Positions 28,924 through 39,003 of a stretch of DNA of 64,000 bases are shown one piece after another. The notes under the pieces are model-generated. The model was not told the DNA's origin and did not search any database. It saw only the letters and a list, made by a program, of their open reading frames with translations. Position 1 is the stretch's first letter. Each line of letters opens with the position of its first letter. This DNA is from Nannocystis bainbridge (GTDB lineage Bacteria; Myxococcota_A; Polyangia; Nannocystales; Nannocystaceae): the NCBI RefSeq assembly GCF_028368995.1, contig NZ_JAQNDL010000005.1, positions 1-64,000 of the forward strand, written 5' to 3'. A program made the translations under genes and the position numbers.

Positions 28924-29595
28924 ATGGTAGATGCCCCGCCGAAGCGACGCGCGCGGGCCGACGCGGACAAGCAATCGCGCCGGCGCGTGCTGCTGTGCGC
29001 GGCGGCCGAGGCGTTCGACGAGATGCCCTACAACGCAGTCACGGTGGCCGACATCGCCCGCCGCGCCAACCTGGCCAAAGGGACAGTTTATCTCTACTTC
29101 GCCACCAAGGAGGAGCTGTTCCTGCAGCTCGCGCTCGAGCAGCTCGGCGAGTGGCTGACCGAGGTGGAGGCGACGCTGGCCGGCGACGAGGCGCCGGTGG
29201 CCGCCGAGGCGGCGGCCGAGCTGCTGGCGCGCTCGCTGGCGGGGCGGGTCCGGCTGGCCCGGCTGCTGGCGCTGCAGCACGCGGTGCTCGAGCACAACGT
29301 CGCGCCCCCGGTGGTGCTGGCGTGGCGGCGCGGCATGCTGCAGCAGATGCTGCAGACCGCGACGCTGCTCGAGCGGCGCTGCCCGGCCCTGCGCGCCGGC
29401 GACGGCCTGCGGTTCTTCCTCCACCTCCACGCCGCCGCCGTCGGACTGCATCAGATGGCCCACCCCGCCCCCGAGCTGGCGGCGACGCTCGCGTGCCCGA
29501 CCCTCCGGCCGCTGCGTCTCGACTTCGCCGCCGCGCTGCAGGCCCACGCCGCGGCCCTGCTGCGCGGGCTGCAGCCAGACGCGGCCCGCGAGTAA
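28924..29595 (+). CDS. TetR-family transcriptional regulator
   Basis: VTVADIARRANLAKGTVYLYFATKEELF. Confidence 0.92.
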   Translation: MVDAPPKRRARADADKQSRRRVLLCAAAEAFDEMPYNAVTVADIARRANLAKGTVYLYFATKEELFLQLALEQLGEWLTEVEATLAGDEAPVAAEAAAELLARSLAGRVRLARLLALQHAVLEHNVAPPVVLAWRRGMLQQMLQTATLLERRCPALRAGDGLRFFLHLHAAAVGLHQMAHPAPELAATLACPTLRPLRLDFAAALQAHAAALLRGLQPDAARE

Positions 29596-29757
29596 TCCTG
29601 TCCTTTCGGACAGTCGTTTCATCGGTACGGGCCCGACGTTCGCTCGTACATGTCTGAAAAGCCAGGCGATGCATATGTCGCTCGTCCATCGGCCAGGACA
29701 TTCGACCGGATCTCACTCGGTTGACGCCGAGCATCGCCCGCGACATCCTCGCGCGAG

Positions 29758-30483
29758 ATGTCGCCCACGTTCGAATACAGCCCGGCCTGGCCGCACGGTG
29801 CGCTCACGCCCGCGTTCCCCGAGGTGTTCGTGGTGCTCGGCACCAACAAGACCTCGCACGCCGGCGTCGACTTTCAGACCAGCCGGACGATGACGGTGGT
29901 CCGCGAGGCGGGCGCGCTGACCCTGCTCAACACCGTCCGCCTCGACGACGACGGGCTGCGCGCGCTCGAGGAACTCGGCGAGGTCCGCCACGTCGTGCGC
30001 CTCGGGGCGTTCCACGGCCGCGACGATCCGTTCTACTGCGATCGCTACGGCGCGACGCTGTGGGCACTGCCCGGGACGACCCACGCCGACGGCCGCGCGA
30101 CGGCGCGTCCGCTGGCCGAGAGCGGCCCGTTCCCGCTGGCGGACGGGTCGGTGTTCACGTTCGCCTCGGCGAGCCTGCCCGAAGCCGCGGTCCTGCTCGC
30201 GCGCGAGGGCGGGATCCTCGTCACCTGCGACGCGATCCAGAACTGGACCCACGTCGATCGCTTCTTCTCGCCGGAGTGCGGGGCGATGTTCGCGGCCCAG
30301 GGGCTGATCGGGCCGGCGAACATCCCCTCGACGTGGATCGGCGCCTGCTCGCCGCAGGCGGACGATTTCCGCCGCCTGCTCGAGCAGCCATTTCGTCACC
30401 TGATCAGCGCCCACGGCGAACCACTGCGCGACGAGGCCCACGCGCGCGTGGCCGCGAGCGTGGCCGCGGCGTTCCCGGGCTGA
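29758..30483 (+). CDS. Hypothetical protein, metallo-beta-lactamase-like fold (DUF4336-like)
   Basis: RTMTVVR, FHGRDD, LVTCD, ISAHG. Confidence 0.7.
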   Translation: MSPTFEYSPAWPHGALTPAFPEVFVVLGTNKTSHAGVDFQTSRTMTVVREAGALTLLNTVRLDDDGLRALEELGEVRHVVRLGAFHGRDDPFYCDRYGATLWALPGTTHADGRATARPLAESGPFPLADGSVFTFASASLPEAAVLLAREGGILVTCDAIQNWTHVDRFFSPECGAMFAAQGLIGPANIPSTWIGACSPQADDFRRLLEQPFRHLISAHGEPLRDEAHARVAASVAAAFPG

Positions 30484-30594
30484 GCGCCGCGCCTGTCCCT
30501 TCGGACAGCATTTTGAACAGGGCCGCGAGCCGCGGCGTTCCCGAGCTGGATGCCGCACCTGTCCCTTCGGATAGCATCCCGACCCGGGCCGCGG
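30463..30594 (+). repeat. Imperfect 66-bp tandem duplication carrying the 14-bp palindrome
   Basis: 30463-30528 aligns with 30529-30594; TGTCCCTTCGGA(C/T)A at 30494 and 30560. Confidence 0.85.
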
Positions 30595-30688
30595 GCTGTC
30601 TCTTCGGACAGCACCATTCTCGCTCCACGACCACTTGCGCGTCACCGCGCTCGCGCACGGGCCTCCCGGTGCAGTAGAGTCACCCGGC

Positions 30689-31690
30689 TTGTCCGCCTCG
30701 CCCCAGCCCGTCGCCGCGCGCGCGTCCCGGCTCGCGCGTGCGCTCGTGGGGCTCACCGTGGTCCTGCTCCTCGGGACAGGCCTCTTCAGCCTCGCCGGTC
30801 ACCTCGGCGGGCTCGACTGGCGGCTCGACCTCGCCAGTCACTTTCGCCTCCATTACGCCGCCGGGGCCGCGCTCGCGCTGCTCCTCGCGCTCGCGCTCCG
30901 GCGGCGCCGCCTCGCGCTCGTGGCCGCGGCGCTGCTGGTCGCCGAGTCGTGGCAGGTCGCGCCGTCGTGGCTGGCGCGGCCGCCCGCGGCCGGAGCGTCG
31001 GCGCTGCGGCTGGTCCAATTCAACGGGCTCTCGAGCAACCCGCGCAAGGCCGAGGCCGTCGCCTGGCTGGCCGAGACCGGCGCCGACCTCGTGGTCGTGC
31101 AGGAGGTCGACGCCGATTGGGCGACCGCGCTGGCGGCCATGCCCGGCCACGTCGCGCTCGAGTCGGTGCCGCGGGCCGACAACTTCGGCATGAGCCTGCT
31201 CGTTCGCCATGGCTTTCTGGACATGGTCGTTCGGACATGGCGCGAAGAGCTTGTCGCGGAGATCCCCGCCCTGGCCGCCGAGCTCGCGGTGGCCGGGCGG
31301 CGGATCGCCGTGCTCGCCGTTCACACCTTGCCGCCGGTCAGCCGCGACTACGCGGCGCGGCGCGATGCTCAGCTCGCGCGCGCCGGCGCGTGGGCCGACG
31401 AGCAGCGCGCGGCCGGGCGGATCCCGGTGATCGTCGGCGACCTCAACGCCTCGCCGTTCAGCGCCCCGCTGCGCCGCCTGCTGCGTGACGGCGGGCTGGT
31501 CGACTCGCAGCGCGGGTTCGGCTTGCAGGCGAGCTGGCCGGTGGACCACCCGTTCCCGGTGATCGCCATCGACCACTGCCTCCACGACCCCGCGCTGGTG
31601 ACGGCCGAGCGGGCGCTGGGATCGGCGCTCGGCTCGGACCACCTGCCGGTGCGCGTCGACCTCGCCTGGCCCGCGGGACAGGTCCCCTGA
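30689..31690 (+). CDS. Endonuclease/exonuclease/phosphatase (YafD-like) membrane protein
   Basis: N-terminal TMs; QFN, VQEV, GDLN, IDH, GSDHLP; TTG start inferred. Confidence 0.85.
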   Translation: MSASPQPVAARASRLARALVGLTVVLLLGTGLFSLAGHLGGLDWRLDLASHFRLHYAAGAALALLLALALRRRRLALVAAALLVAESWQVAPSWLARPPAAGASALRLVQFNGLSSNPRKAEAVAWLAETGADLVVVQEVDADWATALAAMPGHVALESVPRADNFGMSLLVRHGFLDMVVRTWREELVAEIPALAAELAVAGRRIAVLAVHTLPPVSRDYAARRDAQLARAGAWADEQRAAGRIPVIVGDLNASPFSAPLRRLLRDGGLVDSQRGFGLQASWPVDHPFPVIAIDHCLHDPALVTAERALGSALGSDHLPVRVDLAWPAGQVP

Positions 31691-31794
31691 GGCGTCGGAC
31701 CGGCTGTCTCGAAGGACAGGCGGCCCGTCGCCTTGAAATCATCTGTCTGAAAGGACAGGCACGAGCCCTGCCTCGCAGCACCGTCGTAGACGGC

Positions 31795-32340
31795 TCAGGC
31801 GCCGCCCATGACCGACGGGCACTCGGCGCGGGCGATGCTGCAGTCGGGGCCGACCTCGACCGTCTTGCTCGGGGCCGTGGTCGCGTACTCGGCCATCTTG
31901 GCGCACGAGAACGAGCGCATGCGGGCGGCGTAGCCGGCCCCGTACTCCTCGTAGCAGGCCTCGATCTCGTTGACCGTCGCCTGGCAGTTCGACCAGTCGA
32001 CCCCGAGGCTGCAAGTGTCGCCCGGCTCCGTCTCGGGCAAGTTGGCGAGGCAGCTCTTGCGCAGGGTGTCGCAGGTGTCGACGCTGCCGTCGGCCACCAG
32101 CGCGTCGTTGATGGCCTTGAAGGTGCACTCCGCGGCGGCGATGTCGGCCTCCGGGAACACCTGCTTGCCGTAAGCGTCGGCCGCCTCGCAGAACTGCTCC
32201 TTCTCGGCGTCGGTGAGCTCGTCGCCCTGCTTGGCGCCGTCGATGCCCGAGTCGAGGGAGGTGTCGTCCTCCTTGCACGCGCCGAGCGAGACGGCCAACA
32301 GGCCGAGGAGGGTGGAGAACAGCCGGGACGCGGTGGTCAC
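31795..32340 (-). CDS. Cys-rich lipoprotein
   Basis: Lipobox VSLGAC; about 10 further Cys. Confidence 0.8.
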   Translation of the reverse strand: MTTASRLFSTLLGLLAVSLGACKEDDTSLDSGIDGAKQGDELTDAEKEQFCEAADAYGKQVFPEADIAAAECTFKAINDALVADGSVDTCDTLRKSCLANLPETEPGDTCSLGVDWSNCQATVNEIEACYEEYGAGYAARMRSFSCAKMAEYATTAPSKTVEVGPDCSIARAECPSVMGGA

Positions 32341-32429
32341 AGTCGCCGTCTACCTCGAGCGCGCCGCGGCCGACAAGCGCCGCTTCCGGCTCCTGGCGGC
32401 CTCAGGCGAGGCGCTGTGGGGTCCAGCCC

Positions 32430-35400
32430 TCAGCGTACGGTCACGCGGGCGCCCTCGGACCGGCCCCACACCTCGGGCATGTACATCGCCTCGGCGCGGG
32501 CCGGCGGCAGCGAGAAGTCCCCGCGGCTGGTGGCCCGCAGGAACACCGTGTGACGATGTGTCCCCGGAGGCAGGTCGTCGGCGAACACCAGCACGCGATC
32601 GCTGCGCAGCTCCTCGTGCGAGGCCCACCAGCCGCGCGGACCGGAGAGGATGCCGGCCGCCTGGCCCTTGCCGAGGTTGAGCTGGACCGCCTCGAGCCCG
32701 GACGGCAGCGGGATCTCGAGCGCGACGTAGCGGATCCGCGTGTGCGCGGCGAGGGTCAGGTCGATCGCCACCGCGTCGCCGATGGCGATTGATCGCCCGT
32801 TCAGCGCCCCGTCGGCGAGCCGGAGCTCGCGGCGGAGCTCGAGCCCGTGCTCGCGGGCCGCCGGGTTCGGCTCGGCCGGCGCCCACTCGGCACCGAGCCG
32901 GTAGTACATGCGGCCCTGCCCCTGGCGCTGCAGCGTCACCGTCAACGGCGTCGCGGTCGCGGGCTGGTCGGCGCCGGTCGGCTTCAGGATGTCGGGCATC
33001 TTCGCGGTCGCCTCCTGGCCCTTGAGATCGCGGCCGAGGAAGCTGGCCTCAAAGACAGGTTTTCTTCCGACCCACGCGCGGCCGACGAAGTCAGGCGGAT
33101 CGGCCTCACGGACGCGGGCGTAGTCGGTGATCGCTACCAGCGCGTAGGCGTTCTCCTGGGTGTTGCGCCACGCCCCGCCGATGCGCCGCTCGAGCAGGCC
33201 GCGGGCCAGCTTCTCGATCACCGCGTGGTCGGGGCGGACCCGCAGCAGCGCCGACAGGATGATCGCGTCGCTGCGGCCGTCGGAGTGGAAATACTCGCCG
33301 CCGGCATAACCGTCGCGCTCGATCACGTGGGCCGTGGCCGGCAGCTCCTCGAGGTCCGCCAGCAACTCCTGCGTCAGCGTCACCACTTCGGGCCGCTGCG
33401 GATCGGCGCGGTGCATCGCCATCAGCAGGAACGCGCGCCCGTAGGCCGGCAGCTCGGCGCGACGGACGAACAGCGCGTCGACGTGCGCGCGCATCGGACG
33501 GTCGGCGTCGGCCAGCACGTGCAGCGCCAGCGCGTGGCGCTCGATCTCGCCGCGGGCCCACCGCTGCGGCTGGTCGACCGGTGGCAGCCGGCGCGCGAGG
33601 TCGTCGTGCGCCCGCTCGAGCGCGTCGGCCGGGACCGGGTGACCGGCGCGCTTGGCCAGGTCGAGCACCCACGTCGCGTAGGCGCTGGCATACGCGTGCA
33701 CCTCGTTGCCGCCGGGCCAGTAGGCGAACCCGCCCGACCCGGTCTGCATCGAGAGGATCCGCTCGACGCCGGCCTTGACGAACACCTGCGGGTCCTCGCG
33801 CAGCCCCAGCGGGTAGGTCGAATGCAGCGCCAGCAGCGAGACCACCGGCAGCAGCCGGCTCGAGGTCTGCTCGACGCAACCATAAGGATAGGTGAGCAGC
33901 GCGTCGGCGGCGTCCTCGAGCCCGCCGAGCAGCGAAGAGCTGGCCGACACCGACACCCCGCCGACGTCGCGCCGCACCGCGCCCGGCATCACCACCGGGA
34001 TGGCGATCGCCTTGTCGTCGGCCAGGCTGCCGTACATCGCCACTTTTTCGGTCAGCGTGCGCTCGGGCGTGACCGGCAGCGCCAGCTTGACCGCGTCGCG
34101 GCCCGCCACGCCCTCGCCCGCGCGCAGCTGCGCCCGCAGCTCGAACTTGGCCTCGCCGGCCGCGTCGGCGCGGATCGTGAAAGGCACCCGCACCTGCCCG
34201 CCGGCCGGGATCTCGACCTCGGCTGTCTTTTTGGACATGGCCACGAGATCCTGTCCCTTCGTACCTGTATCATCGTGCAGCACCAGCTCGATCGCGGCCC
34301 GGCCGGCGACCGCGGTGAAGTTCTGCACGATCGCCGCGACCTCGGCCGCGTCGCCCGGCCGCAGCTGGCGCGGCGCCGCGGCGCGCACGAGGAACGGCGC
34401 GGTCACGGTGGTGCGCGCATCGCCGACGCCGAAGCGCCCGGGTGATTTCTTGTCGGCCAGGCGCGCCGACGCCAGCGCGAAGATCCGGAACGTGGTCAGG
34501 TTCTCGGGCAGCTGCGCCTTCGTGCGCACCACCCCGTCGGCGTCGGCCGCGAGGTCGGCGAGGAACACCGGCGTGGTCTCGAACCGCTCGCGCGCCGCCG
34601 GCTCCGTCCGGGCCGAGCCCCCACGCACGCTCGCCGTCCTGCTGCCGTGCCCGCTGCCGGACCCGAACCCGCGCCCGTAGCCCCACGTGCCCGACAGCCA
34701 CGGATCGTCGTGGACCGGCGTGTACGGCCACAGCACCGCGCTGTAGTCGTTGTACGCGCGCGTGCCCATGGCGCCGCCGGGCAAGAAGCTCGGCAGCAGG
34801 TCGGGCACCTCGTAGTCGGTCAGCGCCAGCACGGCCTCGTCGACCGCCCACAGCGCGACCCGACCGACGACCGGCTCGCCCGCGGCGTCGCGCACGAACG
34901 CCGCCAGCTCGACCTTGTCGCCGGGCCCGGCCTTGGCCGGCGCTTCGACCCGGACCTGCAGCCGCCGGTGCTCGCTGCCCTGGGTCACGGTGGTGCGCGT
35001 GCTCAGCACTTCGGGCCGCTCCGGCCGCCGCTTCGGATCGATCGGCGCGACCACGATCGCGCTGACGTGGACCTGCGGGGTCCAGCTGTCGTCGGCGGTG
35101 AACTGGAAGTCGGCCGTACCGGAATCGGCGCCCTTGAACGTGAACGGCTTGAACTGCCGCAGACCCTTGCGATCGAGCACGAGCACGCCCCGGCCGCCAC
35201 GCCACGGCGCGTGCACGGCGACGTCGACCGACTCGCCGGGCGTCACCTGCTGCGCGCTGGTCTCGACAGTCAACGTCTTCTGCGGCGTCGGCACCCACTT
35301 CGACCGCGTCGCGCCGACGACCCAGAAGTTGCCCTCGCTCGCCACGGCCCGCTTGTCGGCGGTGAGCACCTCGACCCGCAGCTGGTAGCTGCCCTCCTTG

Positions 35401-38255
35401 AGCGCCGGCAGCTCGCAGCGGACGTCGGGGCCCTCGGCGGCGACGTCGAGCGTGCAGCTCTTGACCCGCTCGGTCTTGTCGACGGTCCCGTCGTAGACCA
35501 TGCGCCCGCCCTCGGCGCGCTCCTTCACTTCGGACCATGTCCTTTCGACCATGACCTTCGCGCCACGTACGGCGACGCGCTGACCGCCGAGGCCGACCGC
35601 GCGGACCGGCACGCCGATCCGATCGCCGGTGTGGCGATAGCCGGGGGGCATGCCCATCGCCAGGTAGAAGTCGGCCGGGTGGACCTGGACCTGCGCCTCG
35701 GCGCCGATGGCCTGGTTGCTGGCGTCGCGGACCTCGGCGCTGATCGTGCAGCGATGCGGGAACTCGGCAGCGTGCAGCGTCAATGGGGTCGCGACCTCGA
35801 GCATCCCGAGCTTCGCGTTCGGGTCGGGCGAGGTGCCGGTCCGGGGCCCGCGCCCGCCGCTGGCGCGGTACGGGATCGACTCGCCGACGGCCCAGGTCGA
35901 GTCGAGCCCGGGCGGGCGCCAGCGATGCGGCGTGCAGGTCGCCTGATGCGCCATGTGGACGATCGGCACCGCGCCGCCGAAGTAATAGTTGGCGGCCACG
36001 CGCAGCCCGACGCGCTCGCCGGCGAGCACGTCGGTCCGGTCGACGCTGGCCGTGACCTGGAACTCGGGCACGCGGTAGTCCTCGACCTTGACCGTCGCGC
36101 GCGCGTCGGCGCCGAGCACCGTCGCGGTGAGCTGATAGTTGCCCAGCGCGGCCCCGGCGGGCAGCTCGAGCTCGGCCCAGTACTTGCCCTCGGCCGTGGT
36201 CTTGACGGTGCGCGTCGCCACCTCGCCGCCGCGCGGGTCGGTGAGCACGAACTTCGCCTCTGTCTTTTGGGCCAGGTGCTTGAGGCCGCTGTCGCGGTGC
36301 GGGGTCTCGACCGCGGCCCAGCCGACCACCTTGACCTTCTCGCCGGGGCGATAGGCGCCGCGGTCGGGGACGATGCGGGCGATGGCCCGCTCGTGCGGCG
36401 CCAGGTCGGCGCTCAGGCTGTCGGCCGCGGGCACCTCGCCGGCGGCGATCGCCGTGCGGTCGGCACCCGCCGCATCGACGATCACCAGCCGCTGCGCCTG
36501 CGAGCCCTCGCCGGCCTTGACGATCCCCTTCGCCATGTACTCCGAGACAGGTGGCAGCGCGAGCATGCCGTCGCCGTCGGTCGTGCCGAGCATGCGCGTC
36601 GTCGTCTTCTCGTCGACCGTCACCACCCGCGCGACCGTGGCCCCGGCCACCGGCGTGCTGTCGGACAGCCGCAGCACCTGGACCACCGCGCGCGTCGGCG
36701 AATCGATCACCACCGGCCCGAGATCGGTGAGGCGGTACAGCCCGCGCACCCGCCCGGCGCTGCCGTGGTCCGTCGCGGTCGAGAGCTCGCCGGGCGCGAC
36801 CTCGACCAGCACCGCCCCGCGCTTGCCGCCGACCAGGTCGCCGATGTCGAGCGCGATCGAGGCCCAGCCGCCCGGGCCCTTCGGCGCGAGCGCGACGGTC
36901 CGCTCGCTCGCCCCGGCCGGCATCGCCATCGCCTGCCACGACTGCCGCGCCAGCTCGAGCTCGTCGACCACCGCCGCGCGCACCTTCAGCGACTTGAAGA
37001 ACCGCGCCTCGACGCCCACCGTCTGCTTGCGCCCCGGCAGCAGCGTGCCCTGGGTGCTCGACAGCGCCAGCTCGGGCCGGCGCTCGATCACCACCGTGCG
37101 CTTGAAGCCGCCCGCCAGCGTCTGGCCGTAGATGTCCCGCAGGCCAGGTGCGATCGAGATCGTGTAGACCGTGCCGGGCACGAACTGGCCCTGGATCTCG
37201 ACCTCGGTCCCGCCCTCGTCGTCGTAGGCGTCGGCGATGTCGACGTGCAGCGACTTCGGCCGCGGGCTGACCGTCACGTGCTTGGCCTGGCTCGCGCGCA
37301 CCGGGTTGCGCAGGCCGACGTGGATCGGCTCGAGCCCGCAGCGGGTCGTCTCGTCGCACGGCAGCGAGACCACGGCCTGCGGGCTGTAGGTCTCGAAGGA
37401 CATCTCCCACGGGGTCTCGAGCGGCAGCGGACCGCGGCGGCCGACGAGCCCCGGCCGCACCGCCAGCACGATCTCGCTGTCGCTCGGCCACAACCCCCCG
37501 GCGCGGATCGTGAAGTAGCGGCCGCGGTCCTCGCGGGTGGCCGTGTAGCCGTAGTACTCGACCTCTTCGACCTCCGCGGCGGTGGCCTCGCGGATCTGCA
37601 GCTGCACCGGCGCCGGCTTCGCATCCTCGCGACCGAGCGGCCGCGCGGTCGCCTGCAGGTGCGCGCGGACCTGGGCCACGGTCGTCGGATGATCGAAGGT
37701 GACGACGAAGGGCGCGTCGCGGCGCATCGCCGCCGTCAGCGTGTCGCGCAGCGGCTGGCCCTCGACGACCTGCGGCCGCGGCGTCTCGAACGTCCACTCG
37801 ACGCCCTGGGCCATCGCCTGACCGTCGAGTCCGACCAGGCCGGGGGCGAAGCGGGCGGTGTAGAGGGTCGCGTCCTGCAGCTCCGCGTCGGGGTGGAAGA
37901 CCAGCAGGTCGGGGGTCTCGAACCGCGCCGAGCCCGGGATCGGCGGCGTGAACGAGAGGAAGCGGCCGGGGTCGACGCTCGGCTCGCTGCCGAGCGCGAC
38001 CACCGGGCGGTCGAAACGGACCTTGATCGCGGCGCCGCCCGCGGTCCTTCCCTGCGGCGCGTAATCGAGGATGGCGACAGCAGCGCCCGCGGGCCCCTGC
38101 GGCGGCGCACCCGGACGATCGACGAGGGCCGCGGGATCGAAGGGCGGCTGCGCCTCGGCGTCGGGCATCGCGGGCTCGGGGTCCGCCGGACCGGAGTTCT
38201 TGCATGCGAGCAGCGCGGCGACGAGGACGGCGGACGACGAGATGCGCGGGGTCAT
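32430..38255 (-). CDS. Bacterial alpha-2-macroglobulin lipoprotein
   Basis: Lipobox ALLAC; Ig-like N-terminus; YRPGE (MG2), AVDEAVL, LPENLTTF, thioester YPYGCVEQ, WRNTQEN, AEAMYMPE. Confidence 0.93.
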   Translation of the reverse strand: MTPRISSSAVLVAALLACKNSGPADPEPAMPDAEAQPPFDPAALVDRPGAPPQGPAGAAVAILDYAPQGRTAGGAAIKVRFDRPVVALGSEPSVDPGRFLSFTPPIPGSARFETPDLLVFHPDAELQDATLYTARFAPGLVGLDGQAMAQGVEWTFETPRPQVVEGQPLRDTLTAAMRRDAPFVVTFDHPTTVAQVRAHLQATARPLGREDAKPAPVQLQIREATAAEVEEVEYYGYTATREDRGRYFTIRAGGLWPSDSEIVLAVRPGLVGRRGPLPLETPWEMSFETYSPQAVVSLPCDETTRCGLEPIHVGLRNPVRASQAKHVTVSPRPKSLHVDIADAYDDEGGTEVEIQGQFVPGTVYTISIAPGLRDIYGQTLAGGFKRTVVIERRPELALSSTQGTLLPGRKQTVGVEARFFKSLKVRAAVVDELELARQSWQAMAMPAGASERTVALAPKGPGGWASIALDIGDLVGGKRGAVLVEVAPGELSTATDHGSAGRVRGLYRLTDLGPVVIDSPTRAVVQVLRLSDSTPVAGATVARVVTVDEKTTTRMLGTTDGDGMLALPPVSEYMAKGIVKAGEGSQAQRLVIVDAAGADRTAIAAGEVPAADSLSADLAPHERAIARIVPDRGAYRPGEKVKVVGWAAVETPHRDSGLKHLAQKTEAKFVLTDPRGGEVATRTVKTTAEGKYWAELELPAGAALGNYQLTATVLGADARATVKVEDYRVPEFQVTASVDRTDVLAGERVGLRVAANYYFGGAVPIVHMAHQATCTPHRWRPPGLDSTWAVGESIPYRASGGRGPRTGTSPDPNAKLGMLEVATPLTLHAAEFPHRCTISAEVRDASNQAIGAEAQVQVHPADFYLAMGMPPGYRHTGDRIGVPVRAVGLGGQRVAVRGAKVMVERTWSEVKERAEGGRMVYDGTVDKTERVKSCTLDVAAEGPDVRCELPALKEGSYQLRVEVLTADKRAVASEGNFWVVGATRSKWVPTPQKTLTVETSAQQVTPGESVDVAVHAPWRGGRGVLVLDRKGLRQFKPFTFKGADSGTADFQFTADDSWTPQVHVSAIVVAPIDPKRRPERPEVLSTRTTVTQGSEHRRLQVRVEAPAKAGPGDKVELAAFVRDAAGEPVVGRVALWAVDEAVLALTDYEVPDLLPSFLPGGAMGTRAYNDYSAVLWPYTPVHDDPWLSGTWGYGRGFGSGSGHGSRTASVRGGSARTEPAARERFETTPVFLADLAADADGVVRTKAQLPENLTTFRIFALASARLADKKSPGRFGVGDARTTVTAPFLVRAAAPRQLRPGDAAEVAAIVQNFTAVAGRAAIELVLHDDTGTKGQDLVAMSKKTAEVEIPAGGQVRVPFTIRADAAGEAKFELRAQLRAGEGVAGRDAVKLALPVTPERTLTEKVAMYGSLADDKAIAIPVVMPGAVRRDVGGVSVSASSSLLGGLEDAADALLTYPYGCVEQTSSRLLPVVSLLALHSTYPLGLREDPQVFVKAGVERILSMQTGSGGFAYWPGGNEVHAYASAYATWVLDLAKRAGHPVPADALERAHDDLARRLPPVDQPQRWARGEIERHALALHVLADADRPMRAHVDALFVRRAELPAYGRAFLLMAMHRADPQRPEVVTLTQELLADLEELPATAHVIERDGYAGGEYFHSDGRSDAIILSALLRVRPDHAVIEKLARGLLERRIGGAWRNTQENAYALVAITDYARVREADPPDFVGRAWVGRKPVFEASFLGRDLKGQEATAKMPDILKPTGADQPATATPLTVTLQRQGQGRMYYRLGAEWAPAEPNPAAREHGLELRRELRLADGALNGRSIAIGDAVAIDLTLAAHTRIRYVALEIPLPSGLEAVQLNLGKGQAAGILSGPRGWWASHEELRSDRVLVFADDLPPGTHRHTVFLRATSRGDFSLPPARAEAMYMPEVWGRSEGARVTVR

Positions 38256-38506
38256 ACGGGCCGGCCTGGGACCGTGCCGACCGGCGAAAGTTCCCACCCG
38301 CGCGGACCTGCCACCGGCTCCTTTGGACATGTCGTAAAGGACATATGATTTCTCCGCCCGCGGGCCGGCGAACCCGCCGCCAGGCGGCCGCACCGCTGCA
38401 CTTGCGGCTGGGTCAACATCGCCCACCTTGCGAGTCGACCCGCGAGGGATGTCACCATCGGCCTGTCCGGCCGCGCCCCCTCGCATGCGCAGCAGGAGTA
38501 GAAGCG

Positions 38507-38908
38507 ATGTCGAGCAATCGAGGCAAGGGCCGCGGCGACGCCCGCGGATTCGCAGGTATGGACCCGGACAGGCAGCGCGTGATCGCCAGCCGCGGCGGCG
38601 AGACCGTCAGCCAGGACCGGCAACACATGGCGAACATCGGCCGGCGAGGCGGCGCCGCGGTCAGTCAAAACCGCGAGTACATGGCGATGATCGGCCGGCG
38701 GGGCGGCGAGGCCGTCAGTCAGAACCGCGAGCACATGGCGATGATCGGCCGCCGCGGCGGCGAGACCGTCAGCCAGGACCGCGATCACATGGCCGAGATC
38801 GGCCGCGAGGGCGGGCACCACTCGCACGGCAGTCCGACGCACAGCGTGCGCGAGCACGAGGACGAGCCGCACGAGCCGGAGGCGCAGGACAGCGGATCTG
38901 GCCTTTAG
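38507..38908 (+). CDS. KGG/GsiB-like general stress protein with four 18-aa repeats
   Basis: RBS AGGAG; RGFAGMDPDRQRVIASRGG followed by (RGGEXVSQXRXHMAXIGR)x4. Confidence 0.88.
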   Translation: MSSNRGKGRGDARGFAGMDPDRQRVIASRGGETVSQDRQHMANIGRRGGAAVSQNREYMAMIGRRGGEAVSQNREHMAMIGRRGGETVSQDRDHMAEIGREGGHHSHGSPTHSVREHEDEPHEPEAQDSGSGL

Positions 38909-39003
38909 GCCAGGTGCCGCGCGAGGGTCGCAGCCCATGCGCGACCCCGCGTTAAGCGAGCGCTTGACACATGCGCTCTGCTTCGGGTGTCATCGCCTCG
39001 CCG

